Shown one piece after another: positions 1 to 8,377 of a stretch of 64,000 bases of DNA. Where the stretch lies: positions 32,001-96,000 of IMG/VR virus record IMGVR_UViG_3300005805_009577. The stretch is one strand, 5' to 3'. The position numbers and the translations under genes are program-made. Within the stretch, counting starts at the first letter, position 1, and every line of letters starts with the position of its first letter. The stretch comes from a virus. The notes under the pieces were generated by a model. It searched no databases. It was not told the DNA's origin and saw only the letters and a program-made list of their open reading frames with translations.

Positions 1-1
1 A

Positions 2-514
2 AGTTATTTAGAAAGTTATTATAAAAGAGTTCAGCAAAGTGTAGACATAGATTTAATTAAAAAGCAAATAGGATACAATTTTTTACTGGTTAAAGAGACA
101 GGATTACTAGATCAGGAACAGTTTAATAATTTTCTTGAAAATTTATTAAAGTTTTACTCTGGTCCGATGTACAGAGTAGAGAGTCTTTTTAGAAAATGTA
201 AGTTTGCTTCTCATAAAGATTCCAGGATTGGCGACGAATTTGACCCCTTAAATTACAGAGAATATTCTCAAATAACCAACCCTTTAAGGAACAATGAAAA
301 TTTAATTAGCGAGGCATATCTTAGATATATTACTAAATGGCCAGAAGAAAACATAGAATATATTCATAGTTTTATATCTTTGGAAGATTTCGAAGATATT
401 CAGTCCGGAGATATACTCGGAGTAAAAGATTATAATAAGCCAGATAAATTAAAAATAATGGGAAATGTAAATAGACCAACTTCATATTTTGATGTTGATT
501 GGAGAACAAATTGA
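2..514 (+). CDS. Hypothetical protein, 5'-truncated by window edge
   Basis: The frame of ORF 167..514 is open back to base 2. Confidence 0.7.
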   Translation, partial: SYLESYYKRVQQSVDIDLIKKQIGYNFLLVKETGLLDQEQFNNFLENLLKFYSGPMYRVESLFRKCKFASHKDSRIGDEFDPLNYREYSQITNPLRNNENLISEAYLRYITKWPEENIEYIHSFISLEDFEDIQSGDILGVKDYNKPDKLKIMGNVNRPTSYFDVDWRTN

Positions 515-1290
515 TTAATTTGGATACAAGATTATCTGATATCGCTTATAAAAGTGCATCGCAAGCCAGAAAAGAAATAGGCATATCATATTTGGGCTCT
601 GTTAATTTGACAGCAAAACATTCTAAGGCTTTTGACTACGACGAACTGACTTACTCGCTCTATTTAGCCCCAGCAGATATGTCTGGATATGAAGTTTGTC
701 CCAAGAGAAATAAAGAATGTACTTTGCTTTGTCTGAATGAATCCGGTCATAATAAAATTGATGTAAAAGAAAACAGAATTAATAAAAGCAGAATAATTAA
801 AACAAAATTATTTTTTGAGAACAGAGAGGTTTTTGTTCGTTTGTTATCAGACGAAATTAATAGTACTAAAAAGAAAGCAGATAAGCAAAACTATAATTTT
901 TCTGTAAGACTTAATAATACAAGCGACGTAAGTCCTGAAAGATTTAGACTTGGTGAAAAAAACATACTTCAAATTTTTCCTGAATATAAATTTTATGACT
1001 ATACAAAGGTCTTTAGTAGAATACATTTATTAGAAAAGTACGAAAATTATGACTTGACTTTTAGTTACGACGGGTATAATTGGGACGATTGTCTGAAGGC
1101 TCTTGAAAAAAATGTTAGAGTGGCCGTCGTTTTCAAAGACAAAATACCGGATAAATATAGAGGCATAGATGTTTTAAATGGCGACAAATATGATATGAGA
1201 TATAGAGATCCTAAAAATGTTCTTATTGGACTGAAATTTAAAGAGGTCAGAAACAAAATAGATTCTTCAAATTTTGTTGTGAGTGTATAA
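499..1290 (+). CDS. Gp88-like phage protein
   Basis: Motifs EVCP, CLN.SG, RLN.TSD, FYDYTK, YDLTFS, VAVVF, GD.YD.R..D, GLKFK. Confidence 0.75.
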   Translation: MENKLINLDTRLSDIAYKSASQARKEIGISYLGSVNLTAKHSKAFDYDELTYSLYLAPADMSGYEVCPKRNKECTLLCLNESGHNKIDVKENRINKSRIIKTKLFFENREVFVRLLSDEINSTKKKADKQNYNFSVRLNNTSDVSPERFRLGEKNILQIFPEYKFYDYTKVFSRIHLLEKYENYDLTFSYDGYNWDDCLKALEKNVRVAVVFKDKIPDKYRGIDVLNGDKYDMRYRDPKNVLIGLKFKEVRNKIDSSNFVVSV

Positions 1291-1330
1291 AATTATCTTT
1301 TAAACACAAAAAAACTAAAAGCGTATAGGG

Positions 1331-1350
1331 AGTACGCTATCCCTGTGTCG
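1331..1350 (+). promoter_or_regulatory. Putative phage promoter AGTACG-N8-GTGTCG
   Basis: Same bipartite spacing at 14784, 49593 and 60930; intergenic, upstream of AAA gene. Confidence 0.6.
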
Positions 1351-1391
1351 TCGGGCTACATTATAAACCAAACTATAAAGGATTGAAAAAA

Positions 1392-2453
1392 ATGTCAACT
1401 GATCTTATTAATCGCAACATTATTTCCGAAAATCTTTCAGACGTTATTAAACGCAACCGAAAGCGTGATCGTCCTATTATGATTTTCGGAGCCCCTGGAG
1501 TTGGTAAGTCTGAACAAGTTCAGGCTTCTATTGAACAGGGCGAATACTGTATTGATCTTCGTCTTAATAATCTTGAGAGCATTGACCTTCGTGGTTTACC
1601 TATCATTAGTAATGATGAAAAAGGTAATCCTAAAAAGGTTACTTGGGTACGTCCAGAATTTCTTCCAGAGTTGGGCGGCGGCATTTTGTTTCTGGATGAA
1701 ATTAATACTGCCCCTCCGAGTGTGCAAAATCCTGCCTTGCAGCTTGTTTTAGATAGAAAGATTGGCAATCATCATCTTGGTGATGGCTGGTATATTGTTG
1801 CTGCTGGCAATCGAAGCGAAGATAAGGCACATGTTAATCCGCTTAGTTCTGCACTTATAGCAAGATTTGCGGTTTATGATTATGTTCCTAGTGTTGAAGG
1901 ATGGCTTGATTGGGCTATTAAGCATAATATTCATTCTGATGTTGTGGGCTTCATTAGCTTTAGGAAAGAGCTTTTGCTGCAACCTATTGTTGATGAATAT
2001 ACTCCTTCTGCAAATCCTAGAGCCTGGAGTTATGTTTCTGATGCTCTTAAACTTGATCATAGGATGCTTTGCGATGTTAGGGCTTGCGTTGGCGGTGCTG
2101 CCGGTGAGTTTATGGCATACCTTGACGTTTGCAAAAGCTTGCCTGATATGGATAAGTTAATTTCCGGAAAGAGCAAGTGGAAGGAAGATAAGAAAAAGAT
2201 TAGTGTGAGCTATGCTGTGGCAAGTGCTTTGGCTTCTCACTTAATTGAAAGTAAGGCACCTGAAAAGATTTTTGAGAATTGTGCAAACGTTCTGATTGAT
2301 ATTAGTCCTGAGCCTGCCGCTTTGTTTATCAAGCGGATTATGAATGATCCAAGGGCTAGTAAGATCAGAGAAATTGCTTATGAAAGCGAGAATATCTCTA
2401 AGTGGCTTGATAAAAACAATGAGCTGATTAAGACCAGCGTTGCACTTAGCTGA
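1392..2453 (+). CDS. MoxR-like AAA+ ATPase
   Basis: Walker A GAPGVGKS, DLRL, Walker B FLDE, AGNRSED, ARF; start taken at ATG 1392. Confidence 0.9.
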   Translation: MSTDLINRNIISENLSDVIKRNRKRDRPIMIFGAPGVGKSEQVQASIEQGEYCIDLRLNNLESIDLRGLPIISNDEKGNPKKVTWVRPEFLPELGGGILFLDEINTAPPSVQNPALQLVLDRKIGNHHLGDGWYIVAAGNRSEDKAHVNPLSSALIARFAVYDYVPSVEGWLDWAIKHNIHSDVVGFISFRKELLLQPIVDEYTPSANPRAWSYVSDALKLDHRMLCDVRACVGGAAGEFMAYLDVCKSLPDMDKLISGKSKWKEDKKKISVSYAVASALASHLIESKAPEKIFENCANVLIDISPEPAALFIKRIMNDPRASKIREIAYESENISKWLDKNNELIKTSVALS

Positions 2454-2469
2454 ATTAAAGGAGTTAATA

Positions 2470-3801
2470 ATGCCTGCAACAAAAAAGCCAAAAAAGACTG
2501 ATAGTTCTGTGGTTACACAAGAAGAAGAAGAGCTTTTTAGAAAACGCATAGACGCTATTCTTTTCGCTTTTGCACATCATTATCCTTTTTGGGGTGTGCT
2601 AAGCGAAAGGTGCAAGTATAGCGTAACTAAGACTGCTATTCCTACCGCTTGTGTGGACAAAGAAGGTCACATTTTATTTAACTACGACTTTTGCAAAGAG
2701 TTAACGGACCATCAGTTTCTTTTCTTGACTGCTCACGAAATTAGCCACTTTGTTTTTGAGCATAACCCAAGAAGAAGTAATAGAGATCCTCAAATTTGGA
2801 ATATTGCTGTAGATTACGCAGTTAATTTGATGCTCTGGTTTCAGTTCAGCCAGGACCGCTACTTTATTAAGGGTGGCGTTTTTGATGAAAGCTGGAGAAC
2901 AGATAAGCCTAAGTGGGAGGATATTAACGCAGAGCAGATTTATGCCGAGCTTATGAAAACTGCCACCAAGATTAAAATAAATATCATGGATATTATGGGT
3001 GACGAGCAAAATAGCAATGGTGAAGGTCAAGATGGAGAAGGCGGAGGAAAGGGCGAAGAAGAAGGCGAAGGAAATGGAAATGGAAATGGAAATGGAATAA
3101 CTGTTGTTCGCGATCGAAGAGTTCCTTTGCCTGATAAAAAGGGAAAATCTAAAGAGCAAGCTTCACAAGAACTTAAAGACTTTGTTGGCAAGGCTATTTG
3201 TGATGCTTATACTGTTGCTAAGTCTCAAGGCGATATGCCTGCTGGACTTGAGCGAGCAATTAATCGTCACTTAAAAGCAAAGGTTGACTGGATTACTGCA
3301 CTTCGCCAGAAGATGCGGTTTGGAACAAGCAGGCTTGAAAAGCGTGATACAACTTGGAATTATCCTAATAAAAGGTTTTTAGGAAGAAATTACGTTATTC
3401 CTAGTAGCACTGGTCCTACTTCTCCTAAGATTGCTTATGCAATTGATACTAGTGGAAGTATGAGCGAAGAGGACTTAGCTAATGCTATGGCTGAACTAGA
3501 AGACCTTAGAAAAAAGCTGAATGCTAAAGTTTACTTTTTAGATTGCGATGCTGGCGTATATGAAAGTCGTTGGATAAATCCCCAAGAACCTCTTCCGAAA
3601 CTTTCGGGTGGCGGCGGCACTGACTTTAGACCTGTATTTGAGCATCTTAAAAATAACGGCATCAAACCAGATTATTGTGTATTCTTTACAGATGGTTACG
3701 GTGAATTTGGAGACAAGCCTGCATTAGATGTTCTTTGGGTGCTTACTAGCGATGTTAAGCCTCCATTTGGCGAAGTTATTCGCTATAATGATTTAAATTA
3801 G
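2470..3801 (+). CDS. DUF2201-like metallopeptidase plus vWA domain protein
   Basis: HEISH (HEXXH), MIDAS DTSGS, GGGGTDF; AAGGAG RBS before ATG 2470; partner of upstream AAA. Confidence 0.85.
   Translation: MPATKKPKKTDSSVVTQEEEELFRKRIDAILFAFAHHYPFWGVLSERCKYSVTKTAIPTACVDKEGHILFNYDFCKELTDHQFLFLTAHEISHFVFEHNPRRSNRDPQIWNIAVDYAVNLMLWFQFSQDRYFIKGGVFDESWRTDKPKWEDINAEQIYAELMKTATKIKINIMDIMGDEQNSNGEGQDGEGGGKGEEEGEGNGNGNGNGITVVRDRRVPLPDKKGKSKEQASQELKDFVGKAICDAYTVAKSQGDMPAGLERAINRHLKAKVDWITALRQKMRFGTSRLEKRDTTWNYPNKRFLGRNYVIPSSTGPTSPKIAYAIDTSGSMSEEDLANAMAELEDLRKKLNAKVYFLDCDAGVYESRWINPQEPLPKLSGGGGTDFRPVFEHLKNNGIKPDYCVFFTDGYGEFGDKPALDVLWVLTSDVKPPFGEVIRYNDLN
3070..3099 (+). repeat. GGAAAT hexamer tandem repeat (GN linker)
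   Basis: (GGAAAT)x4 plus GGAATA inside the vWA gene. Confidence 0.8.
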
Positions 3802-3808
3802 AGTCGCA

Positions 3809-3982
3809 ATGAAATTTTGGCAACTAGAAAAATTTTGTTTAGAAAATGCTTACACTGTAAAGCGTATTGGTAAAAATTATCAATGGAAAAAGAACGGCGA
3901 AGATAAGTTTGGCGAAGCAGATACTGTTGTGGAGACATACGAAGAAATAAAAAAAGATATAGAAAATAATAAAAATGCCTAA
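3809..3982 (+). CDS. Small hypothetical protein (57 aa), probable paralog of 8809..9024
   Basis: Read manually: MKFWQLEKFCLENAYTVKRIGKNYQWKK...; below ORF-track threshold. Confidence 0.65.
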   Translation: MKFWQLEKFCLENAYTVKRIGKNYQWKKNGEDKFGEADTVVETYEEIKKDIENNKNA

Positions 3983-4823
3983 TTCTTATTTTGAATTTTT
4001 GAGCAATTTAGAATCAAAAGATGTTGATTCTACTATTGAAAAACTATTTGCAGAAACCAAAAAAATAAGCGGAAAATTTGACATATATGAACATCCATCG
4101 CCTGCGAAAAATCCAATTAACTGGATACTTTTTGTTAGAAGCGAAAAGTACTGCAGCACTTATGTCAATAATTACAAACTTATAGTTGGAGAGGATAAAG
4201 ATAGCTTTCCTTGCTTTAAAGTATTGATGGAAAAATGGCATCATTATGCAAAAACTAGTGCTTTGTTAGCTTTAGAGTATATGAAGTTTGTTGAATCATA
4301 TATGACAGCAGAGCAAAGATCTATTTGTGTGGGTTTGCCCAAAGAAGTATCAGAGGCAATGCCTTTAATACTAGACAACTCTGATGCGTCTTTAGGCTAT
4401 GCAATTCTTAAAGGTTCAAAACATGGTAAAAAAAGATTCTTAGAAGGCGAGTCAGCTATATTTAAATCTCCTACAAACACTTTAAAGTATATTACTTTTT
4501 TAGGATACGATACCAATAAAAACATTCCAGAAGATATTTTAGATAAAGTTGAAAAGTCTTTGAGCAAAGACGCAGAGTGTTCTTTAGAGTATGCCTTAAC
4601 AATAAAAAATAAAAGATTTCCTTTGGGAGAGAAGGCTATTTCTAAAGATGCTGCTTGTTCTTTCGCCTATGCAAAACAAATTATTTGTGGTAGATTTGAA
4701 ATGGGAGAGAAAGCAATCTCAGAGAGAGAAGACTTGAGTCTAAAGTATGCAGTCTCTGTTTTGGGTGGCGAACTTCCATACGAAATGCACAAAAAAATGA
4801 AGCTCGGCAGTTTTGCTAATTAA
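3975..4823 (+). CDS. Helical-repeat protein (YA..I..GR..E repeat family)
   Basis: About 23-aa repeats SLEYALTIKNKRFPLGEKAISKD / SFAYAKQIICGRFEMGEKAIS; C-cap LPYEMHKKM. Confidence 0.8.
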   Translation: MPNSYFEFLSNLESKDVDSTIEKLFAETKKISGKFDIYEHPSPAKNPINWILFVRSEKYCSTYVNNYKLIVGEDKDSFPCFKVLMEKWHHYAKTSALLALEYMKFVESYMTAEQRSICVGLPKEVSEAMPLILDNSDASLGYAILKGSKHGKKRFLEGESAIFKSPTNTLKYITFLGYDTNKNIPEDILDKVEKSLSKDAECSLEYALTIKNKRFPLGEKAISKDAACSFAYAKQIICGRFEMGEKAISEREDLSLKYAVSVLGGELPYEMHKKMKLGSFAN

Positions 4824-4829
4824 TCAAGG

Positions 4830-5147
4830 ATGGTAGAAATGAATCTGAAAAGTTTTTACGACAGAGTTGTTAAAAACCATTTTTATTTTTTAAATGATCC
4901 TGTAATAAGGATTTACGATGGCGTCAAACTGATTTCAGAATATGATTATTGTGTAGAAAGAGACAACGATCTTGTTTTTGTTGACAATACAGCTCAAACT
5001 CCTGCTTTTGCACTGCCTATTAATCAACAAATTTTAATTATTAAAGATGGTATTTTTCTAATACATCAAAATAAAAAAATTACAATTAAGTTTTATTCTT
5101 GTAATGATCAAATAACGAATTTAGAGAATTTATTCAATGAGTCTTAA
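4830..5147 (+). CDS. Hypothetical protein
   Basis: ORF track; packed in operon. Confidence 0.7.
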   Translation: MVEMNLKSFYDRVVKNHFYFLNDPVIRIYDGVKLISEYDYCVERDNDLVFVDNTAQTPAFALPINQQILIIKDGIFLIHQNKKITIKFYSCNDQITNLENLFNES

Positions 5148-5472
5148 TGAAGATCTTAAAAATAAATTGGTTGAAAACAAAATTATAAAAAAAGAAGACA
5201 TAGAAGATGCTCCTAACTGGGCACTTAATTTGGGAGCACTTCTTTTAAAGATGAGTGAAATAGAAGATTATTGTTCTCTTGGAGTTAATAAGTTTGATGA
5301 ACAAAAATTTTTAGAAGAAATTTATAAAGTTCAAGACTTGATAGATTTAAAAAATTGTGATAAAGTAAGCCAGAACTATGAAGAAAAAATGGAAAGCTTT
5401 CCTATAGGCGTTCCTGTAAAATTGATTCCTTGTTTAAGACAAGTTATGGGTGAATTAAAAGAAAAGTTGTAG
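5137..5472 (+). CDS. Hypothetical protein
   Basis: ORF track; overlaps upstream stop. Confidence 0.7.
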   Translation: MSLNEDLKNKLVENKIIKKEDIEDAPNWALNLGALLLKMSEIEDYCSLGVNKFDEQKFLEEIYKVQDLIDLKNCDKVSQNYEEKMESFPIGVPVKLIPCLRQVMGELKEKL

Positions 5473-5480
5473 AAAATTAA

Positions 5481-5565
5481 GCCGAGGTGGCGAAATTGGC
5501 GAAACGCAAGGGACTTAAAATCCCTCACATTAGAAACGCTGTGGGTTCGAATCCCACCCTCGGCA
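5481..5565 (+). tRNA. tRNA-Leu (anticodon TAA)
   Basis: Acceptor GCCGAGG/CCTCGGC, anticodon arm AGGGA-CTTAAAA-TCCCT, long variable arm, GGTTCGAATCC; no encoded CCA. Confidence 0.95.
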
Positions 5566-5568
5566 TTT

Positions 5569-5927
5569 ATGCCTTTTAAAGATGCAGAAAGAAAAAAAGC
5601 TTATAGCAAGGAATATTATAGGACCCACAAAAAAGAAACTAGGGAGTATTATTTAAAAAATAAAAATAGCTTCGAGAAGTTATTAATGAGTTTAAAAATA
5701 ATGGATCTTGTTTTCGTTGTGGCTGGAATGAACACCCGTGTGGACTAGATTTTCACCACATAAATCCAAAATTAAAAAAACTTTCAATTGCAAGATTAGT
5801 AAATTTTTCTTATGGAAAAGAAACCTTAATTAAAGAAGTTGAAAAATGCGTGTTGTTGTGTGCAAATTGTCATCGCATTTTTCACAAAGTAGGCTTTGAT
5901 ATATTCATACAAAAAACAAATGATTAA
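5569..5927 (+). pseudogene. Frameshifted HNH endonuclease
   Basis: 5' frame 5569..5748 (MPFKDAERKKAYSKEYY...); -1 frame 5670..5927 encodes CFRCG...LDFHHINP...KCVLLCANCHRIFH. Confidence 0.75.
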
Positions 5928-6684
5928 AATAATTAAACAGATTGTAAACAAGGATGACTTATACTTATTCAGTTTAAGTATGGGTGTAGATAGTGTAGCT
6001 GCCTTTATTTGGATGATAAACAAGGGCTACAATGTAATTCCCATTCATTTTAATCATAAATTAAGACCTCAAAATGATTTGATGGAAAAGAAATACAGAG
6101 AACTTTGTTCTGCTCTTGGTTGTGGCTGGCGATTCGCTAGTACGAGAAAAAATAAAGATCTCTTTGATCAAATTCAAGCTTATTTGCTGACACAACTAAG
6201 CGAAAATTTTAAAGCAAAAACAGAATCAGAATGCCGAGAAGAAAGACTAAACTTTTATCAAGAAGTTTGTAATAGAGCAAGAAGAATTTTTTACGGCAAT
6301 AAAACTCCAAAAATTATCACCGCACACCATTTGAATGATTATGTTGAAAGTTATTTGTTAAATTGTTTTAGAGGGCATCCAACTCACACGCCCATAGAAT
6401 TAGAAAGCACTTTCACACCAAGAGATTCAGAGAATACAGAGTTTAAGATTATTCATCCTTTTTTGTTAACTAAAAAATTTGATTTCAGGCAGTTTTTAGA
6501 AAGAAACAACTACATGAAGTATGTTGTTGAAGATGAAACAAATAAAACTATCAAAGGAAGTAGAAGAAATTGGATCAGAAATACTATACTTCCTGAAATG
6601 AAAAAAAACAAGCTATCTTTAGAGAAATTTGCAAAAAGAAAGATTGAGGACAACTTGAAATTGAATAGTTTTGTGTTAAACTAG
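5920..6684 (+). CDS. tilS: tRNA(Ile)-lysidine synthetase
   Basis: PP-loop SMGVDS, HFNHKLR, TAHHLNDYVES, DETN...RRNWIRNTILP; short form without C-terminal domains. Confidence 0.9.
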   Translation: MIKIIKQIVNKDDLYLFSLSMGVDSVAAFIWMINKGYNVIPIHFNHKLRPQNDLMEKKYRELCSALGCGWRFASTRKNKDLFDQIQAYLLTQLSENFKAKTESECREERLNFYQEVCNRARRIFYGNKTPKIITAHHLNDYVESYLLNCFRGHPTHTPIELESTFTPRDSENTEFKIIHPFLLTKKFDFRQFLERNNYMKYVVEDETNKTIKGSRRNWIRNTILPEMKKNKLSLEKFAKRKIEDNLKLNSFVLN

Positions 6685-6698
6685 ACCACAACAAAATT

Positions 6699-6771
6699 GG
6701 GACGTTAGCTCAGGGGTTAGAGCGGAAGACTCATAATCTTTTGGTCGGGGGTTCGATTCCCTCACGTCCCA
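6699..6771 (+). tRNA. tRNA-Ile2 (anticodon CAT, lysidine-modified, reads AUA)
   Basis: GGGACGT/ACGTCCC-A, loop CTCATAA; AGCTCAG..GGTTAGAGC and CTCATAATC..TTGGTCG resemble bacterial ileX; adjacent to tilS. Confidence 0.85.
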
Positions 6772-6810
6772 TTTAAAGGCTTAGTTGTCGAGATTTTGCT
6801 TTGCAAAGCC

Positions 6811-6838
6811 TTGACAAAAATGGACATTTTGGTAGAAT
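6811..6838 (+). promoter_or_regulatory. Sigma70-like promoter TTGACA-N16-TAGAAT
   Basis: Consensus match upstream of GGAG RBS and ATG 6864. Confidence 0.55.
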
Positions 6839-6863
6839 TCTCTTGTCTCCGGAGAAAAAATAT

Positions 6864-7073
6864 ATGAAGAAGAAAAGAAAATACAGTGTGCTTTCTCTTT
6901 CAAACGGAATGATAACTATACGAAAACCTTGCGGTTACTGTAACAAGAGACATGCTACTAAATTTCCTGTTGACGATATGTTTGTTAAAAGACGTATGCA
7001 TAGCTTATGCGATGTGTGCCAAGCCCAGCTAGAAGAAGTTAAGAAAAAGTATCCCGATATACTTGGTAAATGA
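6864..7073 (+). CDS. Small zinc-ribbon protein
   Basis: CGYC and CDVC pairs; start at ATG 6864 after GGAG. Confidence 0.65.
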   Translation: MKKKRKYSVLSLSNGMITIRKPCGYCNKRHATKFPVDDMFVKRRMHSLCDVCQAQLEEVKKKYPDILGK

Positions 7074-7306
7074 AAAAGAAAAACTTTAAGCCTGGCCAAT
7101 TAGTTAGTATAAACTTACGCACAAAAAAACTAGAATCTGTAATACTATCTAAAGACTTTAAAAAAGAAGGATTTTATTTCTTAGATTGGACCGTGTGCGG
7201 TTATAATCAAATACTTAATACTGTCTCTATAACGTCTGAAGTTTTATCAAGAAGGATGGAAAAATTCAAAAATGATGATTGTTCTGAACAAGCAATTGAA
7301 TTGTGA
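7070..7306 (+). CDS. Hypothetical protein
   Basis: ORF track; ATGA overlap. Confidence 0.65.
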   Translation: MKKKNFKPGQLVSINLRTKKLESVILSKDFKKEGFYFLDWTVCGYNQILNTVSITSEVLSRRMEKFKNDDCSEQAIEL

Positions 7307-7448
7307 TTATATTTGTAAGACTATTAATAATTATCTGACAAAAGAATTAAAGGATGCAAAAAATATATCTAATTATGCTTTAACTTTTACTTTAACTGAA
7401 ATAAAAGATTCTGAAATAATTCAAACAAAAAATATTAGTAAAAAATAA
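7272..7448 (+). CDS. Small hypothetical protein (58 aa)
   Basis: Read manually; fills gap. Confidence 0.5.
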   Translation: MMIVLNKQLNCDYICKTINNYLTKELKDAKNISNYALTFTLTEIKDSEIIQTKNISKK

Positions 7449-7449
7449 A

Positions 7450-7617
7450 ATGCCCGAAGATTCATACAATTTTGATGTCTATAGAATAAAATTAGAAAAA
7501 GCCGAAAGTTTTTTTAGTTTGCAAATTAGTAATGTTATTTCTTGGGATAGCATTGATATTAAAATGACAAAAGAAGAACTAATTCTTCTTATTGATTATT
7601 TAAAAAACAATAGCTAA
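7450..7617 (+). CDS. Small hypothetical protein (55 aa)
   Basis: Read manually (MPEDSYNFDVYRIKLEK...); abuts neighbours. Confidence 0.55.
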   Translation: MPEDSYNFDVYRIKLEKAESFFSLQISNVISWDSIDIKMTKEELILLIDYLKNNS

Positions 7618-7618
7618 A

Positions 7619-8314
7619 ATGAATGTTTGTATTTTAACTATTGCTACAAATAAATATATTGCGTTTTTTGATAGACTTTATAAAGATATTAATAATAACT
7701 TTCTTAATGACCATAACATAAAACATCTTTTATTCACAGATAGCAACTTGGAATCAAATGATAACTTAAAAATTTGTAAAATTAATCATGAGCCTTGGCC
7801 TATGCCGACTTTAAAAAGATATGAATACTTTTTAAAAGAAAAAGAATTTATTTATAAATTTGATTATTGTTATTATTTCGACGTAGACATGGGAGTATTT
7901 GATAAAATAGGCGACGAAGTTTTAGGCGATATGGTCTTTGTTCAACACCCTTATCAGTCTTTTTATTCAAAAGAAAAAAGAAGTTATGATAGAAACTTGA
8001 AGTCTCTTGCATATGTTCGTGAAGGAGAAGAGGGCGAAAATTATTATGCTGGTGGATTTAATGGAGGTTTAACAAAAAAATTTATTAAAATGTCGGAAAA
8101 GCTCGCAGCTTGTATAACCACAGATTTTAGCAAAAATATAATTGCTGTTTGGCATGATGAATCACATATGAATCGTTATTTAATTGACAATTCTCCGACA
8201 CTTACTTTGAATCCTTCTTATTGCTTTCCCGAAGAGCAAATAGATAACCCAAGATATCCATATAAACCAAAAATTGTTGCTCTAAAAAAGAATCATAATG
8301 AACTTAGATTTTAA
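7619..8314 (+). CDS. Glycosyltransferase family 6 (ABO-like alpha-1,3-Gal/GalNAc transferase)
   Basis: IAT.KY, WP..TL.RY, FDVDM (DXD), YY.GGF.GG, WHDESHMN. Confidence 0.9.
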   Translation: MNVCILTIATNKYIAFFDRLYKDINNNFLNDHNIKHLLFTDSNLESNDNLKICKINHEPWPMPTLKRYEYFLKEKEFIYKFDYCYYFDVDMGVFDKIGDEVLGDMVFVQHPYQSFYSKEKRSYDRNLKSLAYVREGEEGENYYAGGFNGGLTKKFIKMSEKLAACITTDFSKNIIAVWHDESHMNRYLIDNSPTLTLNPSYCFPEEQIDNPRYPYKPKIVALKKNHNELRF

Positions 8315-8352
8315 TAAATAAAAATTTAACTTTTAAAAAATAAAGTATCCGT

Positions 8353-8358
8353 AGTACG
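8353..8358 (+). promoter_or_regulatory. AGTACG motif
   Basis: Intergenic, 20 nt upstream of ATG 8378. Confidence 0.45.
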
Positions 8359-8377
8359 CTCTATCATAGAGGGCATT

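Noticed and set aside
5652-5658. First T-TTA-AAA slippery site in the HNH remnant
   Set aside because: A -1 shift here hits TAA at 5661 immediately.
6699-6771. CAT-anticodon tRNA as initiator or elongator Met
   Set aside because: It has a G1-C72 pair and lacks the three anticodon-stem G-C pairs of fMet; ileX-like sequence and adjacency to tilS favour Ile2, though elongator Met is not fully excluded.
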